64,000 nucleotides of DNA, from NCBI GenBank assembly GCA_024276825.1, contig JAJRWI010000033.1, forward strand, positions 32,001 through 96,000. Direction: 5' to 3'. Source of the stretch: an archaeon (GTDB lineage: Archaea > Asgardarchaeota > Thorarchaeia > Thorarchaeales > Thorarchaeaceae). Within the stretch, counting starts at the first letter, position 1. Each line of letters begins with the position of its first letter. Below the pieces are notes generated by a model that saw only the letters and a program-made list of their open reading frames with translations, was not told where the DNA came from and did no database searches. Both the position numbers and the translations under genes were made by a program. Shown here piece after piece: positions 10,427-20,180 of the stretch.

Positions 10427-10548
10427 AAGCGAGTCTCACCATTTCAATTGTAGATTGTCCCACAAATTCCAAGCCTGAACACTGAAGATATAGTTCTCTT
10501 CAATACTCAAATGCATATACAACTCAGATGTACTTCAACCTATTGCAT

Positions 10549-11622
10549 CTACAATAGCTCTGACGGGTCTTTTCCGCGGGCCATTGCCTTTTCGGTCATC
10601 CATGCAATTATGCTCTCTGGAGGCTCTATCTTCTCATCACGATCATGGAGTCTTATTGCATCTTCAGGGCACTTAACACCGCAGACCCCACAACCAACAC
10701 ACCTGTCCTGATTCACAGCACTGATTCCATCTTCAATTGTCAGAGCACTGAATTGACAACGATCAACGCATATTCCGCAGCCTGAGCATAGTTCTTCATC
10801 TACTACTGCAATATAGTTAGATCTCACTACAACATGCGGTTTATCAGTCATCACTACAGCTCTCAGTACATTGCAGCAGCATGTACAACAATTGCAGATG
10901 TAGAAATGACCGGACTGGATGTTCATTGTGCAATGGACTAGACCCGCATCTTCTGCTTCATTTAGCAGTCTGAGGGACTCTTCTTTTGTGATAGGCTTGG
11001 TCAGCTCACTATCATCGAAGGCATTTGGTTTCCTTGCAAAGACTAGGCAGACACTGATCGGATACTTGCAACGATTATCAAGAAGCTCCTGATGCTTTCG
11101 ACAGATGCACTCACGGACGCCCCATGAGCTGGCATTCTCAATGATCTGTTCAGCTTGTTCATAGTGATGCACAACAAGTTCCGAATTGATCATTTGATTG
11201 ATTGGAATGACCATATGTATGGCAGGAGGAGTGCTGAAGAGCTCACCGCCTTGACCTTTTACAAAGAATGTCTCTGCAAGCTCTGCAAACTCGCGATTCA
11301 TTCGACACAATTGTTCCTCATAGATCCCCACTACAAACGGCATTAGTGCATAACGGCGACCAGTACTGGAGTTCCAAGCACGAATCTGGCCCTTCTTGGC
11401 CATTGTTTCAAGGAGAGGCTCCAATCTTTCAATGCCCATTCCAAGTCGTTCACCAAGCTCTTCAATGGTTTCACCGCGGAGCTTCATCTTGCTGGCCAGA
11501 TCAGCCTCTTGTGGAGTGAATATCCATTGCAAGATTTTAAGGTGAGTTCCATCACTCATTGGTGTGAAACTGTTGGGAATTGTGTCCAAGATCTCCGCGA
11601 GTCGCCCATAGGGATCGCTCAT
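10549..11622 (-). CDS. 4Fe-4S dicluster-binding protein
   Basis: CICR, ICNCCTCCC, CSGCGICVDRC, CVGCGVCGVKCP. Confidence 0.88.
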   Translation of the reverse strand: MSDPYGRLAEILDTIPNSFTPMSDGTHLKILQWIFTPQEADLASKMKLRGETIEELGERLGMGIERLEPLLETMAKKGQIRAWNSSTGRRYALMPFVVGIYEEQLCRMNREFAELAETFFVKGQGGELFSTPPAIHMVIPINQMINSELVVHHYEQAEQIIENASSWGVRECICRKHQELLDNRCKYPISVCLVFARKPNAFDDSELTKPITKEESLRLLNEAEDAGLVHCTMNIQSGHFYICNCCTCCCNVLRAVVMTDKPHVVVRSNYIAVVDEELCSGCGICVDRCQFSALTIEDGISAVNQDRCVGCGVCGVKCPEDAIRLHDRDEKIEPPESIIAWMTEKAMARGKDPSELL

Positions 11623-11698
11623 AGGATTCGCCAGACATGTTACTTCATCCAACAAGATAAATGCATGCATGAATTAACCTTCATGTGGTGTTGAATGA

Positions 11699-12748
11699 AT
11701 GTCTGAGATGGAGTCAGGGAAAGTATGCATTCTCACGACAGGTGGGACAATATCCAGCGTGTATGACGCCAAGATTGGAGCATATCGACCGGGATTCTCT
11801 ATCGAGAAATTGCTCAAGACTCTGCCACCCGGAATGGAACGTATTGAGGTGATTACACAAGAGCTGTTCCAGCTGGACTCTGCCAATGCACAACCTCACC
11901 ACTGGCAGGAGATTGCGAATGCAATTAAGCAGACATATGAGAATAACCGTGATCTTGATGGTATTGTCATTCTTCATGGCACTGACACTATGGTTTATTC
12001 GTCAGCAGCAATCAGCCTTATGGTCCAAGACTTTGGCAAGCCCATCGTGTTCACTGGTTCTCAGATACCCTCGTCAGAACCCTGGAGTGATGGCCCACGC
12101 AATGTGAGAGATGCAATCAGAGTCGCTGCTTGGGCAGATCTTGGTGAAACATGTATCGTGTTCAACGGTGAAATTCATCGTGGGACCAGAGCCAGAAAGA
12201 TCAGAGAACGTGCTCAAGATGCCTTCGACTCAGTCGATCCCACACCTCTTGGGTTATTGGGTCGTGAAATTGTGCTCTATGAGAAACGCATTAGACGACA
12301 CAATCGAGTCCCGAGGTTTAAGGTCAATCTCGACAATCGAGTCTGTCTGCTGAAAGTGTTTCCAGGGATGCTCCCTGAAATAATCAACAGGGTTGTGGAC
12401 TTGGGATATAGAGGAATTGTGATTGAGGGATTCGGTTCTGGAAACATTCCTGCCAAAGAAAACTCACTGGCAGATGCAATCAAAGACGCTCTGAGTCGTG
12501 ACTGCATTGTAGTGATGACCACTCAGTGTGCCTTTGGCCAGGTAGACCTCTCACTCTATGAGGTGGGTAAGGCCGCCCTTCAAGTCGGTGCTTTAAGTGC
12601 TTATGACATGATTTCGGAGATCGCCGTCGTCAAACTCATGTGGTGCTTGGGTCAGACGGATAATCTTGAAGAGATCAGAAAGATGATGTTGACCAATTAT
12701 GTTGGCGAGATCACTATGTCCAGTTCTGTGGGAATGAATGGCAAATGA
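11699..12748 (+). CDS. ansA: Type I L-asparaginase
   Basis: TTGGTIS, HGTDTM, TGSQIP, EGFGSGN; lacks the GatD N-terminal domain. Confidence 0.88.
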   Translation: MSEMESGKVCILTTGGTISSVYDAKIGAYRPGFSIEKLLKTLPPGMERIEVITQELFQLDSANAQPHHWQEIANAIKQTYENNRDLDGIVILHGTDTMVYSSAAISLMVQDFGKPIVFTGSQIPSSEPWSDGPRNVRDAIRVAAWADLGETCIVFNGEIHRGTRARKIRERAQDAFDSVDPTPLGLLGREIVLYEKRIRRHNRVPRFKVNLDNRVCLLKVFPGMLPEIINRVVDLGYRGIVIEGFGSGNIPAKENSLADAIKDALSRDCIVVMTTQCAFGQVDLSLYEVGKAALQVGALSAYDMISEIAVVKLMWCLGQTDNLEEIRKMMLTNYVGEITMSSSVGMNGK

Positions 12749-12878
12749 GCGAGTTGGAACACGTGTTCTTATAATTCTCATTTTTTTGGAGATTAGATTG
12801 AAAAACTTGTATGAGGATGCAGAGTCCAAGGATGCAACTGACGAATAGTTTTAAAATGCATCAGCATTCTCAGTTCTT

Positions 12879-12994
12879 GCCCGGATAGCCAAGCGGTTAC
12901 GGCGGCAGCCTGGAGACGCACACACATGGTGTGTCAGAACAGGCAGCTGCTCTCCCTTTGGGAGGCGCGAGTTCGATCCTCGCTCCGGGCGCCA
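12879..12994 (+). tRNA. tRNA-Ser(GGA) with a ~29-nt intron at 37/38 (12916-12944) and encoded CCA
   Basis: Acceptor GCCCGGA/TCCGGGC, anticodon stem GCAGC/GCTGC with CT-GGA-G, long variable arm CTCCC-TTT-GGGAG, T arm GCGAG-TTCGATC-CTCGC, discriminator G. Confidence 0.93.
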
Positions 12995-15082
12995 CGCCTC
13001 TTGCACCATATAATTAACTCATAAATTATTCGATATTTTGGGGGTACCAGTTTTATGTTTTAGAGTTTATAAGGGGGATGGTTTTAAAAATATAAATAAA
13101 ATTTGGGCAAAATTGGAACTCTGTAGATTTAATATTAAGCGTTATTATTACTTATTTTTCAAAATACAGGAGTTATAGAGTTTTTGCTTAATAAGTTTAA
13201 ATATTATCGCTAGTATAAAAATACGAGGTTAATAACGAAATGCGAAGAAACAAGGATGGTGAACTTAACAGCTAGAACAGGTCAGAAGTTTAAATATTCA
13301 GGTGAATAAAATGGCCAATACGATGGGCGTAGTCATAGCAGTGAAAGTACCAATAAAAACTGATAGAATGACTAAAAGAGCAAGACAACGATTACGACAA
13401 ATCGTTGGCCGAGACACCAGAACAATAAAAGCTCACTTGGGAGTAATTGAGCAGCATGAAAAGCAGCTAATTATTGGAAGGAGAAAAACAAGGATAAACG
13501 AGTCATTATTGCACGAGTTGACTTTGACAGCAATTTATGTGAAGAAAGGAGCATCCCAAAGGCTTTCAGTACTTCATGATTTGAAACAGAGATTCCAGAG
13601 AATTTCGCAAAATGAACTAGCAGAGTGTCGACGCACCGCGATAGCAATATGGGAATCATATCTTGCTTTAAGAGAGAAGAGAGCAAGTGTATCTAGACCT
13701 ACAAGCAAAAACAGATCAGGAAGAATTCCCAGATGGATTTTCACTCAAAGGTTCAATTTGATTGAGGACAATAACTCAGCAGCACGATGGTGGTTGGATA
13801 TTCGTGATTCTTTAGACTCACGAAGATTGAATCGGAGAACACATAGACGATTGAGGATACCACTATCAATCTCACCAATCCATCTTGAACAATTGTCAAA
13901 AGGAAAAATCAAGGCAATTCAGATATTCACAAAGGATGGAAAATGGTGGGTCACATTTTCAGTACAAATCGAATTTGAAAAACTTCCTGAAGAACTCAAG
14001 CCTCTAGCAGTATTGGGCATAGATCTAGGAATAAAGAAAACCATATGCAGTACACTCTTAACTGAGTCAAAAGTTTCTGAAACAAGATATTTCAAGCAAG
14101 ATGAAAAAATAGCCTTGATGGAAAAGTATGACCGACTGGTTTCTTCATTGCAAATTCAGAGAGATAATCATTCTAGTGAAGGTGTAATTCAACGATTGAA
14201 GGCAATTCGTCGAAAGAGACAGCGAGTTTCAATTGAGTATGACAGACTAATCGTTCATCAGCTTCTTGAGTATATTGCTGAGCTTGAAAAAAAATATACA
14301 TTGTACATAGCCATTGGGAAGGTATTTGGGATTCGTAATACTGCAAAACGTGGAAATAGGAGAGGTAAAAGATTCCGAGGAATGATTCATAGATGGACAT
14401 TTCGAAGAGTCACAAATATGATAAAGCATAGTTTAGCACAAAGAGGATGGGTTACAGAAGGCAAGGATTCCAGAATTATCCTTGTTCACGAGGCATGGAC
14501 AAGTATTATTTGTTGGAAATGTGGTCACAAGGGTCGTCGTCCAAAGCAGTCACTCTTTATATGCCCCCATTGTGGATTTAAAACAAATGCGGATCGAAAT
14601 GGCTCGTTAAATATTGCTCGGCGCTCCATTAGGCTCATTCGTCACTTGAATGAGAGTGGACTAGGGCGTTGGTCGTCTCCAGAGAGAGGGACAGCCCCGA
14701 AAGCCCAAGGGAAAATTTCTCGAGGGAAGTCTACACTCCCCAAGAGACCACCAATCTTGATGAAAGGGGAGTCCGCGGTTGTTCGCAGTGTCCAAATGGA
14801 CCTTTTCAGTTTTTGTGAGAAAACTGATTTGAGCGATCATGACCCTGCCGTGGAAAAAGCCGTGGAAAATCTTACTGCTGTTGAAAGTGATGTTTCAACA
14901 TCAAAGCAGAAGAAGGAAGCCAGGTCTATGGGAGGAATGCCATTCCAATGATAATAGACAAAGTCCTTGCTAACTCTATATTTGCAGTATGGAGAGTGGT
15001 GACACTTGGCAGGGAAAGGGTGGAACACGGAAGTCTGAAGTTGAGTTCACTCATCTAATTGACAGGTCAGCTCGCTCCGGGC
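12979..15082 (+). mobile_element. AT-rich, tRNA-adjacent segment carrying only tnpB, bounded by the 12-bp direct repeat CTCGCTCCGGGC
   Basis: Repeat at 12979-12990 (tRNA 3' end) and 15071-15082; 13000-13300 is visibly more AT-rich than flanking genes. Confidence 0.5.
13302..14951 (+). CDS. tnpB: TnpB-family RNA-guided endonuclease (large, rearranged RuvC-II); no adjacent transposase
   Basis: RuvC-I LGIDLG; RuvC-II position AIGKV with alternative Glu in VHEAWTS; Zn ribbon CWKC..CPHC; RuvC-III NADRNGSLNI; ~110-aa C-terminal tail. Confidence 0.9.
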   Translation: MNKMANTMGVVIAVKVPIKTDRMTKRARQRLRQIVGRDTRTIKAHLGVIEQHEKQLIIGRRKTRINESLLHELTLTAIYVKKGASQRLSVLHDLKQRFQRISQNELAECRRTAIAIWESYLALREKRASVSRPTSKNRSGRIPRWIFTQRFNLIEDNNSAARWWLDIRDSLDSRRLNRRTHRRLRIPLSISPIHLEQLSKGKIKAIQIFTKDGKWWVTFSVQIEFEKLPEELKPLAVLGIDLGIKKTICSTLLTESKVSETRYFKQDEKIALMEKYDRLVSSLQIQRDNHSSEGVIQRLKAIRRKRQRVSIEYDRLIVHQLLEYIAELEKKYTLYIAIGKVFGIRNTAKRGNRRGKRFRGMIHRWTFRRVTNMIKHSLAQRGWVTEGKDSRIILVHEAWTSIICWKCGHKGRRPKQSLFICPHCGFKTNADRNGSLNIARRSIRLIRHLNESGLGRWSSPERGTAPKAQGKISRGKSTLPKRPPILMKGESAVVRSVQMDLFSFCEKTDLSDHDPAVEKAVENLTAVESDVSTSKQKKEARSMGGMPFQ

Positions 15083-15096
15083 ACATTTAGTGGTCG
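14789..15096 (+). ncRNA. Putative TnpB guide (omega/re) RNA overlapping the tnpB 3' end; 5' boundary uncertain
   Basis: Position typical of omegaRNA; collinear conserved blocks and compensatory stems shared with 27028-27309; T-rich tract follows at ~15100. Confidence 0.65.
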
Positions 15097-15308
15097 GAGT
15101 CTTTCTTTTTCTCAAGTCATCAAGCAAGGAGTTTAGTCATTAGTTCTGACATTCCATCCAAATTCGGTTTATATGTCATAGTGACTGAATGAATATACCA
15201 TAACATAGCAGATATATTATGTAACCAGAAGTACGAACTAATTGGTCTTTGATTTTTATGCAAGGACTAAGACATTGTGCATGATGATCCGTATGAGGAA
15301 TAAGACAG

Positions 15309-16238
15309 ATGATCCATACCACAATCCTGATGAGACGAAAGAGCAAGAGAACTGTTGCCACATCTAGGTACTGGACTGTAAAGATTCCACGGAAGGATGT
15401 GCTCGAGTACATAAAGGCTAGAGAGAAGCTTCAGGAGGTTTCAGATGGGCGAGAAGACATCTCACTCACCATTAATGGAAACAAGTATTTCAGTCGTATA
15501 TGTAATGAGAAATTATTGCTGATATTTATCACAGACATAGATGAGAAGGACCGTCTGATCAACCAGAAGATAGAAGCTGCTGCAAAGGGACTAGACGGCA
15601 CTCTGAAAGAGCGTAATATCGCCTATGTGAAGGAAAATTATGAGAAGATAGTCGCACCATTTGTGCATTCGAAATTGAAGATCGCACTTGTTGGAGAGGG
15701 AGGAGTGGGAAAGACAACAACATTGCACCTACTCATGGGTAAGAAACCACCAAGACAATATGTTCCTACTATCGCACTGAATCTGGAGGTCATGGAAACC
15801 ATATATTTTGCAAACTACTCATTGGTGATTTGGGATTTTGCAGGACAAGAGAGATTCCGTAAGCTGTGGAAGTTCTATTTCAAGGGAGCAGATATTGTAT
15901 TCCTGCTGACAGACTCTACACTACGAAATGTGCTACTGTCAAAGGATATGTTCACCATTATCAGGCGTGATGCGCCTAATGTCCCAATAATTGTGATTGC
16001 CAACAAACAGGATCTACCTAATGCACTTGATCCCTCGATAATCCGTAGAATCATAGGGGCTGAAACCTACCCGCTTGTCGCAATTGATCTTGCATATCGC
16101 GAGAAGATACTAAAGATACTTCTTGATGCCGCAGCAGAGCATGTGAAGATCACAGTGCCCGATGTACCTCCAGAGGAGTTACTGCGTTTTGTAGATGATG
16201 AGTATTTGTCGGAGGAATCGGAGGCTGCAGAGGCATGA
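15309..16238 (+). CDS. Longin-like domain fused to an Arf/Rab-like small GTPase
   Basis: GEGGVGKT, WDFAGQERFRKLW, IANKQDL; N-terminal ~115 aa has a longin-like beta/alpha pattern. Confidence 0.85.
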   Translation: MIHTTILMRRKSKRTVATSRYWTVKIPRKDVLEYIKAREKLQEVSDGREDISLTINGNKYFSRICNEKLLLIFITDIDEKDRLINQKIEAAAKGLDGTLKERNIAYVKENYEKIVAPFVHSKLKIALVGEGGVGKTTTLHLLMGKKPPRQYVPTIALNLEVMETIYFANYSLVIWDFAGQERFRKLWKFYFKGADIVFLLTDSTLRNVLLSKDMFTIIRRDAPNVPIIVIANKQDLPNALDPSIIRRIIGAETYPLVAIDLAYREKILKILLDAAAEHVKITVPDVPPEELLRFVDDEYLSEESEAAEA

Positions 16239-16423
16239 ATAGGTATCTTGTGAAATATTCATAAGAGATTGTAGTTAAATAATCCTGTTCAACTCAGTTG
16301 TTTGCCGAGGAATACGATCAGTGTGCCATCCCACGAGGGGTGAAGAGATTCCTATGGCAAGTATTATAAGGTAAATTCTTGAGGCGAACAAAGCCTCGTT
16401 CATTCAGACTGAGGTTATTTACC

Positions 16424-16873
16424 ATGTCCGAGCAAGAATACAAACACATAGTGAGAATAGCTGGCCATGACATTAACGGCCAGGAGAACCTCCTTCAGGG
16501 GCTCACAAAGATCAAGGGAGTTGGCATTAGGCTCTCAAAGGCCATACTGCATCAGCTTCAACTGGACCCGTATCAAAGGTTAGGCTTCATTTCAGAGGAT
16601 GTCATTTCAAAGATAGAAGACCTGCTTAAAGATCCTGTCACCCATAAGTTTCCTGAGTGGTATGTAAACAGGCCTCGCGACAGACACACAGGTAGGATGA
16701 TTCATCTCATTGGCTCGGACCTGGAGTTTGTACATCGTAATGACATTGATAGACTCAAACGCATAAGATCATGGCGTGGAATCAGACACTCCTTGGGATT
16801 GAAGGTGAGAGGACAACATACTAGGACCACAGGACGCGCAGGTATGGCTGTGGGAGTGTCTAGGAAGAAATAA
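16424..16873 (+). CDS. rps13: 30S ribosomal protein S13 (uS13)
   Basis: IVRIAG, IKGVG, RGIRHSLGLKVRGQHTRTTGR. Confidence 0.97.
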   Translation: MSEQEYKHIVRIAGHDINGQENLLQGLTKIKGVGIRLSKAILHQLQLDPYQRLGFISEDVISKIEDLLKDPVTHKFPEWYVNRPRDRHTGRMIHLIGSDLEFVHRNDIDRLKRIRSWRGIRHSLGLKVRGQHTRTTGRAGMAVGVSRKK

Positions 16874-16889
16874 TGTTGAGGAATGAGTT

Positions 16890-17525
16890 ATGGGAGATCC
16901 AAAACGTCCAAAGAAAAAATACGTGACTCCGAAGCGTCCATTCGATAGCGATCGCTTTGTACAGGAACTTCAATTTGTTGGTACCTACGGACTGAGAAAC
17001 AAGCGTGAGCTGTGGCGACACAGAACAGAACTCTCACGTTTCAGAAGACAGGCTCGACACCTACTTGCTCTGCCCCCAGCGGAACGTGAGAAACAGGAGA
17101 AGGAGCTCGTCAATAAGCTTGTGAGAATGGGAATTCTGACATCGGAGCCAACATTGGACAGTGTACTGGATCTCACACTGGAAGACATCCTCGAACGACG
17201 CCTGCAGACTGTTGTCTTCAGAAAGGGACTTGCATGTTCTATGTATCACGCTAGACAATTAGTTGTCCACGGTCATATTGCATTAGACGGCGCAAGGGTA
17301 ACTACTCCCAGCAGAATCATTACTATTGCTGAAGAGGAGAGGATAGGATACACCTCAAAATCACCCTTGAATGATGAGTCACACCCTGCTAGGATAGCAG
17401 CATCCACTGTTGCACAACGTGTCATTGAGGCGGCAGAAATAGCAGCAGCAAAAGCAGCATCAAAGACTGCAGAGGGCGGCGAAAATATCGAGCTCTTGGA
17501 GCCACCAGAGGACATTGATGCGTGA
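16890..17525 (+). CDS. rps4: 30S ribosomal protein S4 (uS4)
   Basis: MGDPKRPKK, YGLRNKRELW, LERRLQT, ARQLVVHGHI. Confidence 0.97.
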   Translation: MGDPKRPKKKYVTPKRPFDSDRFVQELQFVGTYGLRNKRELWRHRTELSRFRRQARHLLALPPAEREKQEKELVNKLVRMGILTSEPTLDSVLDLTLEDILERRLQTVVFRKGLACSMYHARQLVVHGHIALDGARVTTPSRIITIAEEERIGYTSKSPLNDESHPARIAASTVAQRVIEAAEIAAAKAASKTAEGGENIELLEPPEDIDA

Positions 17526-17541
17526 TAATGAGGTGAAATAG

Positions 17542-17946
17542 ATGAGTAAGAAAGACACCAAGAGAGACAAATGGGGAATCGCTCACATTTATGCATCATA
17601 CAACGATTCAATCATTCATATTACGGACATCACGGGTGCTGAAACAATCGCACGCTATTCAGGTGGTATGATGGTCAAGGCTGACCGTAATGAGTCATCC
17701 CCACATGCTGCAATGCAGGCGGCATTCCAAGCTGCTCGCGAGGCAAAAGACAAAGGGATCTATGGAATCCATATTAGGGTCAGAGCACCTGGCGGTCATG
17801 GACCAAAGACACCTGGACCGGGAGCACAGGCTGCAATTCGTGCTCTGAGCCGTGCAGGACTTAGAATTGGCATCATTGATGAGGTCACACCCATGCCCCA
17901 TGATGGCACACGTAAGCCGGGTGGAAGAAGAGGTCGTAGAGTATAA
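17542..17946 (+). CDS. rps11: 30S ribosomal protein S11 (uS11)
   Basis: [29 protein letters not shown]. Confidence 0.97.
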   Translation: MSKKDTKRDKWGIAHIYASYNDSIIHITDITGAETIARYSGGMMVKADRNESSPHAAMQAAFQAAREAKDKGIYGIHIRVRAPGGHGPKTPGPGAQAAIRALSRAGLRIGIIDEVTPMPHDGTRKPGGRRGRRV

Positions 17947-19296
17947 TCACACCACCGGCCGACCGCGGCCGGACCAGACTACCTCCATTTTGTATTGTAT
18001 TCCTTTATTGGTCTTGTTTTGGCGCTCAACAGGACGTGTTAGATGTCTCTGAGCTGAAAGGACAGGCAAGTATCGCCCGGGCCTTATATCACGCTCTCTC
18101 AATACACGAGTCTTTTTGGCATTGGGATCTTTATGTCCGCAGCGCACGCACTTGAAACCTTTCCCAAGACCAGCACTCTTCATTCGTTTGCCACATTTTG
18201 AACAAACTGGGTTCATATCATCATAGACCTCCGCAATTTTAATTATCTCAAGGCCTTCAACATTCAGTGTCAGCCCATGAGTGCGTGATGCAGGTCTCAC
18301 GCCAGCATCGATAATCACAATGTCGTCCTTGCAAAGTTTTTGGACAACATGACGGAATGAGCCAGTGGGCTCGTATGCCGCACAGTCGATGGTCCCAGTC
18401 GTATCACTGATGGAGAAGAACACATGCCCCCCTTCAGTCATTCTTGGGGCTGAATGAACCGCACCCTTCACGCGGGCCGACATATATGGTCTGAGGTCTT
18501 TGACCATAATGTGATGTGTCAAGTGCTGATCTGTGCCTTGATTTGTCCTGAATACTGTCCAACGGTCAATCTTCTGATGGGCCCTCACAAGTGATGCTGC
18601 TTTTATCACATCCTCTGCATTCTCACCGCGGATACCAAACAGTACAGGATCTGGACCGTGAGGCTCAATCAGTATATGTCCGTTTTCGGGGTCGATATTA
18701 GAGAACAGTAGTTCGGAGAACTTTCTGTCCATCTCAATGACAGATGTCGGATCAACACCGCGTTCCTCGTCGCATTCATCGGGATGACGGTAGGCCAGAA
18801 ACTCGAATGTGTAGTCGCCCTTCAGCATGTTGCCCACAGAGGAGAGTGCGCCGATGAGCCCACGTTCATTGCCAGAAGCCATGGACCAGATCCCAAATCT
18901 CTTGATCAACCGCCTTGCAATAGAGATTGTCATTGCACGCCATAATGTGTGCATAGAGAAATCGACAATCGCTGGTGGCAAACTATCAGTCAGAACAACA
19001 ATTCCCGGGTTGGTGTTTGGATAGTCATGCTGGACATATAGATGCAGCTGATGTTCCAAGAGTTCATCGATATGTTCAATGTTCTCACATCTTGTCTTGA
19101 AGCGTAGTGCGACAGCACCATTCCCACGAGTCCTGTAGGGTATATTCGGATTCAGACGTATTAGATTCGGAAAGTCCAGCCATTCAACATCAAGGTGAGA
19201 TAGCTCTTCAATAAGAATAGATGCAAAGTGTGTTGTGCAGCTCCCACGCGGACTGTCTATGTCATCCATTCCAATATGAACAATCGTATCGCTCAT
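17947..19296 (-). CDS. tiaS: tRNA(Ile2) agmatinylcytidine synthetase
   Basis: IGMDDIDS..SCTT, RLNPNIPYRTRGNGAV, RTNQGTD, AYEPTG, Zn ribbon, RHLTRP. Confidence 0.95.
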   Translation of the reverse strand: MSDTIVHIGMDDIDSPRGSCTTHFASILIEELSHLDVEWLDFPNLIRLNPNIPYRTRGNGAVALRFKTRCENIEHIDELLEHQLHLYVQHDYPNTNPGIVVLTDSLPPAIVDFSMHTLWRAMTISIARRLIKRFGIWSMASGNERGLIGALSSVGNMLKGDYTFEFLAYRHPDECDEERGVDPTSVIEMDRKFSELLFSNIDPENGHILIEPHGPDPVLFGIRGENAEDVIKAASLVRAHQKIDRWTVFRTNQGTDQHLTHHIMVKDLRPYMSARVKGAVHSAPRMTEGGHVFFSISDTTGTIDCAAYEPTGSFRHVVQKLCKDDIVIIDAGVRPASRTHGLTLNVEGLEIIKIAEVYDDMNPVCSKCGKRMKSAGLGKGFKCVRCGHKDPNAKKTRVLRERDIRPGRYLPVLSAQRHLTRPVERQNKTNKGIQYKMEVVWSGRGRPVV

Positions 19297-19562
19297 AATA
19301 ATCCAGTCCTGCATTCATCGCATAGGGTTGCTGCATTAACTCGTGTGCCATGGTCTTCACAGACCAGACGCCCGCAGCGATCACAGGCGCGTGAGGACAA
19401 GAACTCGCCACATATCTGGCATTTTGCCTCCACGCATGACAAACAGAGACCATCTTCATTGAAACAGTCATCACAAATATGCGAGCCGCACATTCTACAC
19501 GCATGCAGCTGTCCTTGTGATGCACCGCATAGTTCACATTTGTCATGATCTCTGTCATTCAT
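19293..19562 (-). CDS. Small Cys-rich multi-zinc-finger protein
   Basis: Repeated CxxC pairs in two similar halves; overlaps the tiaS start. Confidence 0.7.
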   Translation of the reverse strand: MNDRDHDKCELCGASQGQLHACRMCGSHICDDCFNEDGLCLSCVEAKCQICGEFLSSRACDRCGRLVCEDHGTRVNAATLCDECRTGLL

Positions 19563-19623
19563 GATTGTATCAATCCAGAGAGCATGACAAAGCTGAAATC
19601 TGTCTTTTGGTTGCTCTTAATCA

Positions 19624-20163
19624 ATGCCAGTCATAAAAACAGACAGACCTCGCATCATAATCTTTCATGCCTCTCAGTGTGATCCAAAGAAATGTACAGG
19701 CATAAGGCTTCAGAGAATGCATAGAGCCACCATCATTAAGGATTTCAGACGAGTCCCAAGGAGGGCGGTGGTGCTTAACCCAATATCGCGTCATGCCCTG
19801 TCGCCGCTAGACCGAGAGCATGCCCTGCGTTCAGGTCTCGTCGCACTTGACTGCTCGTGGAAGCTTGCAGAGGGCCTCTTTAGATCGACAAGGTCTGGCG
19901 AACAACGTGCACTCCCCTATTTGCTGGCAGCCAATCCCATCAACACCTACAAGCCAATCAAACTCTCAACCGCAGAAGCAATTGCCGCGGCACTGTATAT
20001 CATGGGGTTTCCAGACGATGCAGAAGACATCATGTCAGTCTTCAAATGGGGCCCCTCTTTTATCACCCTGAACAGGGAGTGGCTGAATTCATATGCCGCC
20101 TGCTCTTCAAGCACCGAGGTCGTTCAAGTTCAGGATGAGATTATGAAGGAGCATCAGAGCTGA
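19624..20163 (+). CDS. tsr3: rRNA aminocarboxypropyltransferase Tsr3
   Basis: QCDPKKCTG, LDCSW, RALPYLLAANPIN, KLSTAEA, FKWG. Confidence 0.95.
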   Translation: MPVIKTDRPRIIIFHASQCDPKKCTGIRLQRMHRATIIKDFRRVPRRAVVLNPISRHALSPLDREHALRSGLVALDCSWKLAEGLFRSTRSGEQRALPYLLAANPINTYKPIKLSTAEAIAAALYIMGFPDDAEDIMSVFKWGPSFITLNREWLNSYAACSSSTEVVQVQDEIMKEHQS

Positions 20164-20180
20164 TTGCATAACAAGAAGTA

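Noticed and set aside
12995-15300. CRISPR array or Cas12f locus around the TnpB-like gene
   Set aside because: No repeat-spacer periodicity and no cas1/2/4 seen on either side.
17946-17947. Absence of rpoD after rps11
   Set aside because: A simple operon break; not informative without the rest of the genome.
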